From the NCBI RefSeq assembly GCF_006345805.1, contig NC_043000.1:1798001-1862000 (forward strand): a stretch of 64,000 bases of DNA. Direction: 5' to 3'. This document shows, one piece after another, positions 23,451-36,400 of this stretch (position 1 is its first letter; each line of letters begins with the position of its first letter). The stretch comes from Octopus sinensis (lineage: Eukaryota). The translations under genes were made by a program, and so were the position numbers. The notes beneath the pieces were generated by a model. The model did not search any database, was not told where the DNA came from, and was given only the letters and a program-made list of their open reading frames with translations.

Positions 23451-24194
23451 TAGTAATATATTAGAAGGGATATCAACAGTGATTGTACTGTTAAAACAAA
23501 AAGCACTCCAAGTGGAAAAAAATTGAGTACATTACCCAGAATCCTAACACATTGCCATTAAATTCTCCTATAACTTAATATACAATAGCCAAGCTTATTA
23601 GTAATTAGTAAGTTCTTACTGAAGAGAACAATACATCTAATCCTGCATTGATTTACATTATTGATGCTCCATAACAAATATATAACTACATATACGGTTG
23701 CAAATTTGACAATCTGATATAAGAAAATTACTTGAAAGAAGAGCCCATGTTAGTCACAGTTTAATTATTTCAGGTTCAGCACATGATCATGTCACTTGTT
23801 AAACAACTAAAACTCTGAAATCTAATGATATCACTCTAAGAAAGACCATGCATATACATATATTTCTTTACTACCCACAAGGGGCTAAACACAGAGGGGA
23901 CAAACAAGGACAGACAAACGGGTTAAGTCGATTACATCGACCCCAGTGAACTGGTACTTAATTTATCGACCCCGAAAGGATGAAAGGCAAAGCCTACCTT
24001 GGCAGAATTTAAACTCAGAATGTAGCGGCAGACAAAATACCACTAAGCATTTCGCCTGGCGTACTAACGTTTCTGCCAGCTCGCCTTATATGCATATACA
24101 TAGCTTACCCTGCACTGAAGAGGCTGGTCTTTCTTGTCGCAACCACATTAGAGTGAGGATGGTATTCTTCAATAGATCAAACTTATTCCATTAA

Positions 24195-24415
24195 CCCTTT
24201 CGTTACTGTATTCATTTTGAGATGCTCTGTGTTTCTTTCAATTACTTTAAATATAATAAAGAATTTAGTAAAATAACTTAGCTATCATTCAGCTGGTGTT
24301 AGGAACCATAAATTGTGACTAAGGTTTGGTGGAAGATTTTAATTCAAAACTTATGAAAACAAGGCATTTATACTCAGAGTCAGAGCCGGTTTCAGCCGGG
24401 TTGGTAACAAAAGGG
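24195..24415 (+). mobile_element. TTAA-type MITE family B; second copy 46916-47126
   Basis: TTAA|CCCTTTCGTTAC ... GTAAC(A/G)AAAGGG|TTAA; the two bodies are highly similar. Confidence 0.87.
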
Positions 24416-24654
24416 TTAAGCTATATTGCTGTCTTGTGCAGAATTCATTCATCAACATTTCTCAACAAAGCATGACATTATTTTCAAAGGCAGGAAGGGC
24501 ATCTAGCTATAAAGTATCTGCCTTGACAAACTCCATCTGTTCCATGGAAAAATGGATATTAAAATGATGATGAGTAAAAGAACATCTACCTTGAAAGAAA
24601 CTTTCCTATCACTATTGATGTTTGTCCATCTCTTTTCTCAGTAATATTTTGCAA

Positions 24655-26065
24655 AAAATTGCTGAGTCACTATCAGAACTGGAGAAGTTTCAGGTGTGGA
24701 AGCAAGGTCTAGAATCGAAGGGCCTCAGAATCAATCTAGCCAAAACCAAAGTCCTAATACGTAGGAAAGTAGACAAGTCACAAACGCCTTCAGGTAGATG
24801 GCTCTGCACGATCTGTAAAAAAGGTGTAGGTAGAAACTCTATAAGGTGCACCAAATGCAAGCTATGGACACATAAGAGGTGCAGCAATGTCAAAGGAAGG
24901 CTAACTAGGAAAATAGTTTTTGTCTGTGGCAGATGCTCAGGAGCAATAAACACTGAAAATGTGCAGAGACCAACGTCTACCACGTTCCAGGGAGAAAAAC
25001 TAGAAGTAGTTGATAGCTTCCGCTACCTAGGTGACCAAGTCAGTAGCGGGGGTGGGTGTGCTGAAAGTGTAACTGCTAGAGTAAGAATAGCCTGGGCAAA
25101 GTTTAGAGAGCTCTTACCCCTGCTGGTGACAAAAGGCCTCTCGCTCAGAGTAAAAGGCAGACTGTATGATGCATGTGTACATACAGCCATGCTACATGGT
25201 AGTGAAACATGGGCTGTGACTGCTGAGGATATGCGTAAGCTTGCAAGAAATGAAGCCAGTATGCTCCGATGGATGTGTAATGTCAGTGTTCATAATCGAG
25301 AGTGTAAGTACCTTGAGAGAAAAGTTGGACCTAAGAAGCATCAGTTGTGGTGTGCAAGAGAGACGCCTGCACTGGTATGGGCATGTGACGAGAATGGGTG
25401 AAGATAGTTGTGTGCAAAAGTGCCACACTCTAGCAGTTGAGGGAACCTGTGGACGAGGTGGTGAAGCACGACCTTCGAACTTTAGGTCTCACCAAGGAAA
25501 TGACTAGAGACCGAGACCTATGGAAGTATGCTGTGCGTGAGAAGACCCGGCAAGACCAGTGAGAACAGTCAAAATCAAACCAAACCAAATCAGAAAGCAG
25601 AACCAAAATTGAGGCCAATCAACATCAGTGGAAATTGCAGCTGTGGTTAAGCGAACCATCCAATCGTTTGTCCGTTGCCAGCCTCGCCTGGCCCCCGTGC
25701 CGTTGGCACGTAAAAGCACCATCCGCTCGTGTCCGTTGCCAGCCTCGCCTGGCCCCCGTGCCAGTAGCACGTAAAAGCACCATCCGTTTGTGTCCGTTGC
25801 CAGCCTCGCCTGGCCCCCGTGCCGGTGGCACGTAAAGACACCATCCGTTCGTGACCGTTTGCCAGCTCTGTCTGGCACCTGTGCAGGTGGCACGTAAAAA
25901 GCACCCACTACACTCACGGAGTGGTTGGCGTTAGGAAGGGCATCCAGCCGTAGAAACACTGCCAAATCTGACTGGGCCTGATGAAGCCTTCCGGCTTCAT
26001 AGACCCCAGTTAAACCGTCCAACCCATGCTAGCATGGAAAACGGACGCTAAATGATGATGATGAT
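24655..26065 (+). mobile_element. RTE-clade LINE, 5'-truncated: end of RT, PHD-type finger, thumb/C-terminus, 3'UTR repeats, (GAT)n tail
   Basis: GLRINLAKTKVL, FRYLGDQ, AMLHGSETW, RRLHWYGHV are typical RTE motifs; frameshift near 25295. Confidence 0.9.
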
Positions 26066-26099
26066 TATGACCCCAGTCCTTCTCAATATAGTTCATTCT

Positions 26100-26620
26100 A
26101 CACTATAGCTACATCATCTCTCTGTCTCTCTTCAAACCAACAAACACATCTTCCTATGACTATATTCGCACACAACTTACTCTCTACATTCTTCCTAACT
26201 TAACACTACTGTCATTCTTGCCTTCTTTTCCTACCTTCTGAGATGTTGCATAGTCTCTTAAACAGTCTTTCCTATCAGCAAAATATACCTCTCTAGCTCA
26301 TCACAGAACATTCATTGAGACTACATCAGACTCAGTATCATACAGCCACTCAAAGACAGACCTTGGATATTTATGAGTCCTTCTGTCGTTTTCTTCCCAT
26401 GACTTAAACTGTTAGCCAAGTACATCCTCTTTCTAATGCGATCACATCAGAATAATACACAATCTTGTCCATTCTCAACTTCACCACAACATAATTGTTC
26501 ACAGTCCTGACAGACATGTTAATTGTACCTTGAGTAACAAAACTGTCTTTTTGTTTAATATTTTTGGTTAGTGATTGACTGCTGAATAGTACCATCATTG
26601 TTTGGTTGAATACTAGTGAA
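26100..26620 (-). mobile_element. Old decayed RTE ORF2 fragment; similar relics at 34560-34800(+) and 35830-36120(+)
   Basis: Residual nucleotide similarity to 25000-25300 and 24660-24900. Confidence 0.4.
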
Positions 26621-26696
26621 ACTAACTTGAAGCAGCACCATCTTTTTATAGACTTCTAAGTGTTTCACCTATTTTGTTTTAATATCTCTTTCTTCT

Positions 26697-27335
26697 AAGG
26701 CGGCGAGTTGGCAGAATCATTAGCACACTGGATGAAATGCTTAGTGGTATTTCGTCTTCCGGCGAGCTGGCAGAAACGTTAGCACGCCGGGCGAAATGCT
26801 TAGCGGTATTTCGTCTGCGTTACGTTGTGAGTTCAAATTCCGCCGAGGTTGACTTTGCCTTTCATCCTTTCGGGGTCGATAAATTAAGTACCAGTTACGC
26901 ATTGGGGTCCATGTAATCGACTTAATACCTATGTCTGTCCTTGTTTGTCCCCTCTGTGTTTAGCCCCTTGTGGGTAATAAAGAAATAGGTATTTCGTCTT
27001 CCGCTACATTTCGAGTTCAAATTCCGCCGAGGTCAACTTTGCCTTTCATCCTTTCGGGGTCGATTAAATAAGTACCAGTCACGCACTGGGGTCGATATAA
27101 TTGACTTAATCCGTTTTTCTGTCCTTGTTTGTCCTCTCTGTGTTTAGTCCCTTGTGGGTAGTAAAGAAATAGGTATGCCGTTATGTTCTGAGTTCAAATT
27201 CTGCCACGGTCGACTTTGTCTTTCATCCTTTTGGGGTCAATAAATTAGGTACCAGTTGTGTACTGGGGTTGATTTTATCAACTGGTCCTCGCTCCAAAAA
27301 TTTCAAGCCTTGCGCCTTGAGTAGATAAGAATAAC
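26697..27335 (+). mobile_element. Nested SINE B cluster: young monomer (26761-26987) inserted into an older dimer
   Basis: 15-bp TSD GGTATTTCGTCTTCC at 26746-26760 and 26988-27002. Confidence 0.85.
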
Positions 27336-27721
27336 TCTTTCTTCTGGCAGGTTGCTCAACTTGCTAGAAATACCAGCCAGATTTCTCTCATATCACTATT
27401 ATCATCTTAAAAGGAAAAAGGCACATTCAGTAATTTAATCCAAGAAACACAATGTCTGAAATTTGAAAAAAAAAAAAAAAAGAAAATTGCATGGTCATGG
27501 TTGGAATGCTTTTCATCATAGGTCTAATTGACCAGGACTGATCTGAAATTAACTGCCAGTTTATGTGCGTGTACACACATGTACACATACACACATTCTT
27601 GTGTAGTCCTCATCTTTCATATTCGAAATGTCTGCACACTATTTGCTGCACCACAATTTCATTTTGTAGGTTTTGTTATTTTCCATCTGCATCACTTACG
27701 TTGGTCATGTTTTAGTGAATG

Positions 27722-28010
27722 ACCATCATCATTATCATCATCGTTTAACGTCCGCTTTCCATGCTAGCATGGGTTGGACGGTTCAACTGGGGTCTGGCGA
27801 GCCCGAAGGCTGCACCAGGCCACTCAGATCTGGCAGTGTTTCTACAGCTGGATGCCCTTCCTAACGCCAACCACTCCGAGAGTGTAGTGGGTGATCTTAT
27901 GTGCCACCAACACAGGTGCCAGACGAGGCTGGCAGACGGCCACGCTCGGATGGTGTTTTTTATGTGCCACCGACACAGGTGCCAGATGAGGCTGGCAGAC
28001 GACCATGAAC
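27722..28010 (-). mobile_element. RTE 3'UTR fragment; further copies 29540-29720(-), 31690-31910(+), 34073-34325(-), 36302-36690(-), 37030-37087(-), 44225-44628(+), 49776-50125(-), 50700-51010(+), 52219-52740(-), 60805-61062(-)
   Basis: All share the tail GGCGTTAGGAAGGGCATCCAGC...CCATGCTAGCATGG...AAACGATGATG. Confidence 0.9.
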
Positions 28011-28845
28011 ATCGCATAATCTCATTATCATCTTCCCTTTATATATCTGCAGTATTGTGCCTATGTGAAGTCCTATTTTTTAATGCTGGTCAATGGATTA
28101 AGTGCTGATGAAGGACACTAACTCCTCAAAAACTCTCTGACCATGTTCCAATGGGGGAAAAGTCAGAAATAGATAGCAGAATTGATAGAGTGCTGGACAA
28201 AATACTTTGTTGTATTTAGTTAAGTTCCCTTACATTCTGAGTTCAAATCCTACTGTAGTCAACTTTGTCTTTCACTCTTCTGAGGCCAATAAAATGAACT
28301 GCCAGTCAAATACAGGGTGGGCTGATGGATCAGCCTAATCACCAATACTCTCTTTTCTTTTATTTGTTTCAGTCATTGGACTGTGGCCATGCTGGAGCAC
28401 TGCCTTGAAGGGTTTTTAGTCAAACAAATTGACCCCTGGCCTAGTACTTATTCTATCACTCTGTTCTTCTGAACTGCTAAGTTGCAGGGATGTAAACAGA
28501 CACAAAGGCACACACACATAGATATATACATATATTTTTTTCATCTTTGTTGCCGTACTCATTTGCTAGCTTTCTTACAAAGGGGTCTAATGCTCTTAGC
28601 TTAATCCTTTTTGGGGACAACCAGATTGCACCATCTCTAGTGTACCTGTCTGAAATGGTCGTGACTTCTGGTATTTGACTGATGAAAGAAAGCCAAGAAT
28701 GACCCGTCTTTTTTGCCTGTCCTTCTAATTGTTGTTTCTCTTGTTCACCTTAGTGTTGTCTGTCTGTCTGAACATTTTAATGCCCTCTATTACGTTTTTG
28801 TTCCATTTATATATATATACATACACACACACATATATATTTGTG

Positions 28846-28935
<90 letters not shown>

Positions 28936-30281
28936 TACACACAATAGGTTTCTTTCAGTTTCTGTCTACCAAATCCACTCTCAAGGCATTGTCGGCCTGT
29001 GGCTAAAGTAGAAGATACTTGTCCGAGGTGCCATGCAGTGGGACTGAACCCAGAACCATGTGGTTGGGAAGAAAGCTTGTTACCACACATCATTATTATT
29101 TTTACTTTTAAGGTGGTGAGCTGACAGCATCGTTAGTGTATCAGACAAAATGCTTAGCAGCATTTCTGCTGAGGTCAACAATGCTTTCCATCCTTTCCGG
29201 GTCTATAAAATAAGTACTGGTTGAGCAATGGGGCTGATGTATTTAACTAACACCCTCCCACTAAAATTTCTGACCTTGTGCCAAAATTGGAAAGTATTAT
29301 TATTATAATTATTTTGCAGTAATGATTCCTAACATTGGCACAGGGCCATAAATTCAGAGAAGATATTGTAGAAATTATTTTGATGTTTGGCCTTGTGCCT
29401 ATGAAAGAAATCATTATTATTTTTAATATTGGAGTGGCAAAAACAACAGTGTAGAGGACTGAATATGGTAGAATGCTTTAGGTTTTTAATTGCATTCTAT
29501 AATTTACATTCAACCTGGGCTGATTTTAAGCATGCAATAATCATCATTGTTTAATGTCTGTGTTCCATGCTGGCATGGGTTGGACAGTTTGACAGGATCA
29601 GATATGTCCAAGGATTGCATTGTGCTCTAGAGTCTGTTGTGGCATGGTTTCTATGGCTACATGCCCTACATAATGCCAACCAATTTATTGCCCGGACTAG
29701 GTGCTTTTTCCATGCCACCTATACTTTTGATGTTGCCATGCAGCTCACAAAACTACAAACCCTGGGTGGGGGTGGCGTCAGTTTCATGCTAGTGGGGGCA
29801 GTGCAGGTTGTTGAAGAGGATCTATATGGCTACTCATGAACTTGAAAAACTGAGAAAAGGAAACAAGCAGAGTCAGTAGGAGCAGCAATAACAGGACCCG
29901 TGGTCACTGTTTTCAGAGTGCCACTAGTTGCAGCTCCAAGGACGATCCAAAATTTTGCCTCGTCCTCAATCCCAAGGACCAATCACCAAGAAGTATCACC
30001 CAAAAGTCTTGCAACAAAGAGATGAACAGGAAACAGGCAAAGTGTAGGAGAGAATAGAAAGTGGAGTAGTCCTCCCCCTCACGAATATATATATATTTAA
30101 ACTTAAGAAAATGCTTGAAGAATATCCACAGTGAACACATCTCTATAAACTTCAGTCCTTCATAAAGCAAATGAACTGTTGGATGGGTTATGTAGCCTAT
30201 TAGAACATTTATGGAAAGAGTTAGTGCTAATTTACTGAGAGATGGGCTCTAATTATGTAGGGTGACTAAGGAGAAGATAAA

Positions 30282-30700
30282 TCTATTATATAAAATCCGT
30301 TCTGTCTGTCTGTGTGTGGGTCTTCTAGGATCTTGGGCATCCTCCATCCGATTGCGCTCAAATTTGATATATAGATACCAGGGCGTGTATAAGTCTTGAA
30401 AAAATTACAAAAATTGATTCCAGTTGAGAATGCGATCGATAAAGCCATGGGAACGTGCGTTTGTACGCACAAGTACATCAGCTGTTGCGATCGATACTAC
30501 GCGTACATGAGAAAAATGCACGTGCAGTTTGCGCAAAAACAACGGCTGGCTTGAAATAATGCCACAAAATGGGACGGTTGGACAAGTTGTTTTGAGAAAA
30601 TTTGGTTTAAATGTTTGACAACTCAGCACCATCCATTGGACGGGGAGCATTTTGTTACTTATAAAAGCACTTTTGCATACAATGCAAAACTGTACATAAA
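30282..30700 (+). mobile_element. 5' part of a non-autonomous Helitron
   Basis: A^TCTATTATATAAAA start, (TCTG)n, CCGATTGCGCTCAAATTT; no 3' CTAG hairpin seen. Confidence 0.5.
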
Positions 30701-31924
30701 TCACACCAGAGACATAAGACCCTTTTCTTTGCTGGAATTGCTCACTTGCATTTTCAAAACAGAGTATTCAATATCTGGATGAAGTGCAAGGATGAGTCAA
30801 TGATGATCAAAATTGTGGGGAGCTCTGATCTGACACAGGAGGTTCTATGATTTCTTCAAATTATACCTCCTTTACTTCTTAGTATCCAGATTAAACTGTA
30901 ATTTAACTCTTATTTATTGACATTGTTTTGTATTAATCAGACATTATCTTATACCTTCAAGAGATTTTGATGATGTAATTGTATATTTTATGAATGATAT
31001 TGTAAGGGTGGTGTGAGAGACCTAACCTGGTTGGTTTGAACATAAAACGGATAGAACATTTTGGCCAGTTTAAACACTAAAGGGTTAACAAACTCCATCT
31101 GAACAATGCAAACAGGAAATATGGGTGCTAAAATGTATTTCTTTACTTCCCACAAGGGGCTAAACACAGAGGAGACAAACAAGGACAGACAAAGGGATTA
31201 AGTCGATTACACCGACCCCAGTTGGAAACTGGTACTTGATTTATCGACCCCGAAAGGATGAAAGGTAAAGTTGACCTTGGCGGAATTTGAACTCAGAACG
31301 TAACGGCAGACGAAATATGGCTACGCATTTCGCCTGGCATGCTAACGTTTCTGCCAGCTCTAAAATGATGACTGATTGGTGTGTAGTCACTCACAAACAT
31401 TTTTCAGCCCCTGGCCTATATGTGTGCTGTGTCTCTTCTAATTGCTTTTTTCTACAATGGCCTCTACTCCTGGTTAGCTGGTCTTATGTCACTTTCACCA
31501 ATGTTGTCTGGACTCAGTTATTCTTCTCATGATTGATGTTGTATCTAATACTCCAATTCCTTCCCTGCACATGTCTATCTTGCAACCATCAACTTGACCC
31601 TCTTATAACTGCTAATCTCTCATTAACTGGCACAATTCTATTCCCTCCTTCCAGCTGAGGGGTTTTTTGTCTTGCAAGTTACTTGGTGTCCCTGTCGGTG
31701 CTGGTACCACATAATAACCACTGATGGTGTTATGTAGAAAGCACCCGGTACACTCTGTAAAGTTACTGGCATTAGGAGGAGCATCCAGCCCTAGAGATTT
31801 TGCCAAAACAGACAGTGGAGCCTGGTGTGGCTCTCTGTGTTATCAACTCCTCTCAAACTGTCCCACCTATGCCAACATGGAAAATGGACATTAAATGATG
31901 ACGATAATGATGGAAAATATATAT

Positions 31925-32328
31925 ATTCTCTTTTCTCTTTTACTTGTTTCAGTCATTTGACTGCGGCCATGCTGGAGCACCGCCTTTAGTCGAGCAAATC
32001 GACCCCGGGACTTATTCTTTGTAAGCCCAGTACTTATTCTATCGGTCTCTTTTGCCAAAATGCTAAGTGACGGGGACGTAAACACACCAGCATCGGTTGT
32101 CAAGCAATGCTAGAGGGACAAACACAGACACACAAACATATACATACACATACATATATATATATACATATATACGACAGGCTTCTTTCAGTTTCCGTCT
32201 ACCAAATCCACTCACAAGGCATTGGTCGGCCCGGGGCTATAGCAGAAGACATTTGCCCAAGATGCCACGCAGTGGGACTGAACCCAGAACCATGTGGCTG
32301 GTTAGCAAGCTACTTACCACACAGCCAT
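31925..32328 (-). mobile_element. SINE family A, young copy
   Basis: Near-consensus; inverted partner at 33051-33447. Confidence 0.92.
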
Positions 32329-33050
32329 TTAATTTTTTGTGCGTTATTTTGAATTTAAAAATACTGTTTTAAAATATTGTGTAATACCTTTATTCTACCC
32401 ATCATTTTGTTATATAATTTTATTTTTATTGTTTGTCATCTCCACATATTTTGTTATATCTTTTGTATACACATGTTACCGTTGGGGGACTGGTGGCAAA
32501 AACAATGAAAGAACTATTTAAATGAAAATGAATTGCATTCAGATTTTGTTTGGAATCATCCACATAGGTTTCTAATGTCCTAGGAGGATGCATAAGCATC
32601 GCAAAGTCCCCCTTCCTCATCTATAATTAAAAGTAGTATTACTATAGTTTTCCTAGAATAATGTAGATTTTAAAAATAGTTCTTTCATGTTTGTTTGTTT
32701 TTTTCTATCTTTGTGAATTGTTGTGTACGTTTCCTCCACAACTAAAATAGCATTACTAACTATATCAAATAAAATTAGGCGGCAATAGAGCTCATATCGC
32801 CATTATTCAGACAGCTTTGACTAATTGTTGTTATAATAATAATAATAATAAGAAGAATAACAACAACAACCAGCATAATAGTTACTTCAATCCTCCAGAC
32901 AGGATCAACAATGGTTCATTTATTTATTTATTTACTTGCATTGACGGCTGCGCACTAGTTCACTGCAGCGACGGGACATGCATTCTATATATTACAGCTA
33001 TAATATCTATGTGGGTGGGTTTCTGTATATATATATTTTTATGTATTTAT

Positions 33051-33447
33051 AGGAGTGGCTGTGTGGTAAGTAGCTTGCTAACCAACCACATGGTTCCGGG
33101 TTCAGTCCCACTGCGTGCCATCTTGGGCAAGTGTCTTCTACTATAGCCCCGGGCCGACCAATGCCTTGTGAGTGGATTTGGCAGACGGAAACTGAAAGAA
33201 GCCTGTCGTATATATATATATATATATATATATGTGTATGTGTGTGTGTTTGCCCCCTAGTATTGCTTGACAACCGATGCTGGTGTGTTTACGTCCCCGT
33301 CACTTAGCGGTTCGGCAAAAAGAGACCGATAGAATAAGTACTGGGCTTACAAAAAGAATAAGTCCCAGGATCGATTTGCTCGACTAAAGGCGGTGCTCCA
33401 GCATAGCCGCAGTCAAATGACTGAAACAAGTAAAAGAGTAAAGAGTA
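33051..33447 (+). mobile_element. SINE family A, young copy; others 28360-29095(-, broken), 34835-35118(-), 38618-39030(-), 41860-42230(+), 51430-51585(+), 51600-51995(-), 58600-58810(-), 62455-62868(-)
   Basis: Near-consensus sequence. Confidence 0.92.
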
Positions 33448-36400
33448 ATATAATATTTATATATTAGTTTATTCAAAGATAAAGCTTCACATTAAGCAAA
33501 TATATATTGCTGAATGCACACTTTTGTACACTTGAATGCACACGTGCATGTATGTGGTAATCTTTATTGCAAATCCTCCATTCAAGTGTATGAAAACATT
33601 TAGGTGTGGTATACAATCACACTACATATAGTCATTAGATTCTACAGGCTTTTACTTTATTTCTCCAATAAAAAGGCAAATCTTAATTACTTGAAGTCTT
33701 TGCATATAGTATTTAACGCATCATCCCTTAACTTATTTATCTATTTCTTTCTGCTAATTATACTGGCTAATAGTCATTTGTAATTCCCTTTTTATACATA
33801 AAATATTTTTCACCTGTTGAAGCAGGTTTTTTTTTTGTATTGCCCAGTTCAGTGATATTTTTCTATAAAACGAACAGATGTATATATTGTTCTATGCATA
33901 TATATGCACACTTACATATTATATTTGTCAATATATTGTTAAGCAGTATTCTTATGAAGTTTATAATGAGAGTTTTTATGTACCTGTGTGTGTCTGAGAG
34001 AGGGTATGTTTCTTGACAGATTGTTTATACTAACTGGAAAAGGAGAAATCAATACATAAAAACAAGTGCTTGTCATCATCATCATTGTTTAACGTCCGTT
34101 TTCCGTGCTAGCACGGGTTGGACGGTTCGACCGGGGTCTGGGGAGCCAGGGGCTGCTCCAGGCTCCAGTCTGATCTGGCAGTGTTTCTACAGCTGGATGC
34201 CCTTCCTAACGCCAACCACTCCACGAGTGTAGTGGGTGCTTTTTACGTGCCACCTGCACAGGTGCCAGAAGAGTCTGGCATCGGCCACGATCGGTTGGTG
34301 CTTTTTATGTGCCACCTGCACAGAAGCCAAAAGAAATTATATGACTGTGTGGTCAAATGTTGGTTACCAAAATCTCAGGATAATAAATAGATGGAAACTG
34401 TATGGAAGCCTTTGGAATGGATTGTATCAATAATTCGACGATCAAGTCTTGCCACACACACACACACACACACTGATCATGCTGATGATTACATTAAAGA
34501 TTTGCATGTCTGTAGATATTCCAACAACTGAATACTCGTCTTCATAAACAATGTAGTTCCATTTACTCTGGTTCTCATAGCTGAGTCTGTTGAAGGTTTA
34601 GAGAAGAACTTCCAGATCTGGAAGCAAAACCGAGTAAACTCAGCAAAGAGGGAAGTCATAGGAAAGAGGACAGGCCCTGCTACCTTTTGGAAATTGTTGT
34701 GCTCAGTAGGTAGAAATTCCATGCGATGTACCTGGTGTAAACTTTGAATGCACAATAGCTGTTATGGGATCAGAGGCAGGTTGACTGTTAAGGTAAAACT
34801 TTGTATGTGGCAAGATACACAGGAGTTATTAGTACTCTCTCTCTCTTTACTTGTTTCAGTCATTTGACTGCGGCCATGCTGGAGCACTGCCTTTAGTCGA
34901 GCAAATCGACCCCAGGGCTTATTCTTTGTAAGCCTAGTACTTATTCTATCGGTCTCTTTTGCTGAACTGCTAAGTTACATAAACACACCAGCATCGGTTG
35001 TCAAGCAATGTTGAGGGGACAAACACATATATATAGATACATATATACAACGGGCTTCTATCAGTTTCCGTCTACCAAATCCACTGACAAGGCTTTGGTC
35101 GGCCTGAGGCTATAGTAGTATGAATACATTTGAAAAACATTTCTTCAAACACTTGGAAAACTCACTACAAGTTGTTGATAACTTTTGTTACGTCAGTGGC
35201 CTATTTAGAAGTTGAGGTGAGTATACTCAAAGTATAGTGACCACTGTAAGAACAGAGTGGAGGAAGTTTAACCCTTTAGTGTTTAAACTGGCCATATCTG
35301 GTCCAAATATTCTATATGTTTTATATTCAAACTGGCAATATCTAGCCTCTCACACCTAACCTACAATGTCATTCTAAATATAAACAATCACATCATTGAA
35401 ACCTCAAAGCTATAAGATAATGCATGATTAATTCAAAACACGTGGGCATGGCTGTGTGGTTAGGGAGCTTGCTTCCTAGCAACATGGTTTCGGGTTCAGT
35501 CCCACTGCGTGGCACTTTGGGTAGGTGTCTTCCACTATAGCCTCGAGCCGACCAGAGCTTTGTGATTGAATTCGATAGGTGGAAGTTACTGCCGTGTGTG
35601 TACATGTGCGTGTAGGTGCTTGTGCCTCTCCGAAAAGAGAGGGAATTTGAGTGAAAAAGTATTACATTTAACAGAGTAATCTGAACACTAATGGGTTAAG
35701 AAGCTATTACCTTTGATGGTAGGACGTGGTTGCTCTCTCCTTGTATAATGCTTGTGTACAAAGTACAATAGTGTATGGTACTGAGAGTGAGATGTTAGCC
35801 TTGAATGCAGAGAATTTAAGATTAGATAGAAATAAAGCGCTGTGCTCGGCTGACAGTAATATTAGCATACAGTGAACAACAAACTACAAATGAGCTGAGA
35901 GAAAAACATAGGGTGTGAGAGGGATTAGATGTGTGCAAGAGAGAAAATATTCTGCTGTAATGAGTACGAGATGTATATGAAAGACAGCAGTAGATGCAAC
36001 CTGTGTAAAAAGGTGACCTGGGATGAAGTGATGAAGATTGATCTCAAGATGCTGAGTTTTACAAAAAGTTGGTGACGTAGTGCTGAAGAAGACCTGACAG
36101 CAGATGCAGATATGGAAAGATGAATGCTAAAATGGTGATAGTGGTGAAGATTGGGACATGTATCTACATTTAGTCTGTTGCTCTATGTTTCTGTTAAATC
36201 ACCATTTTCTCCCCTGTCCCTTGCTCTTTGATGACCCCCTTTTATCTGTTGCTCACCTTCTCTCATTCTATGCCATGCTATTCATGTAATGATAGTATTG
36301 GATCATCATCATCGTTTAACATCCGTTCTCCATGCTAGCATGGGTTGGACGGTTCGACCGGGGATCTGGGAAGCCAGAAAGCTGCACCAGGCTCCGGTCT

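Noticed and set aside
29917-30057. Possible extra exon in intron 1 after TTTTCAG
   Set aside because: Immediate stop in the required phase 1 and no MAN1 similarity.
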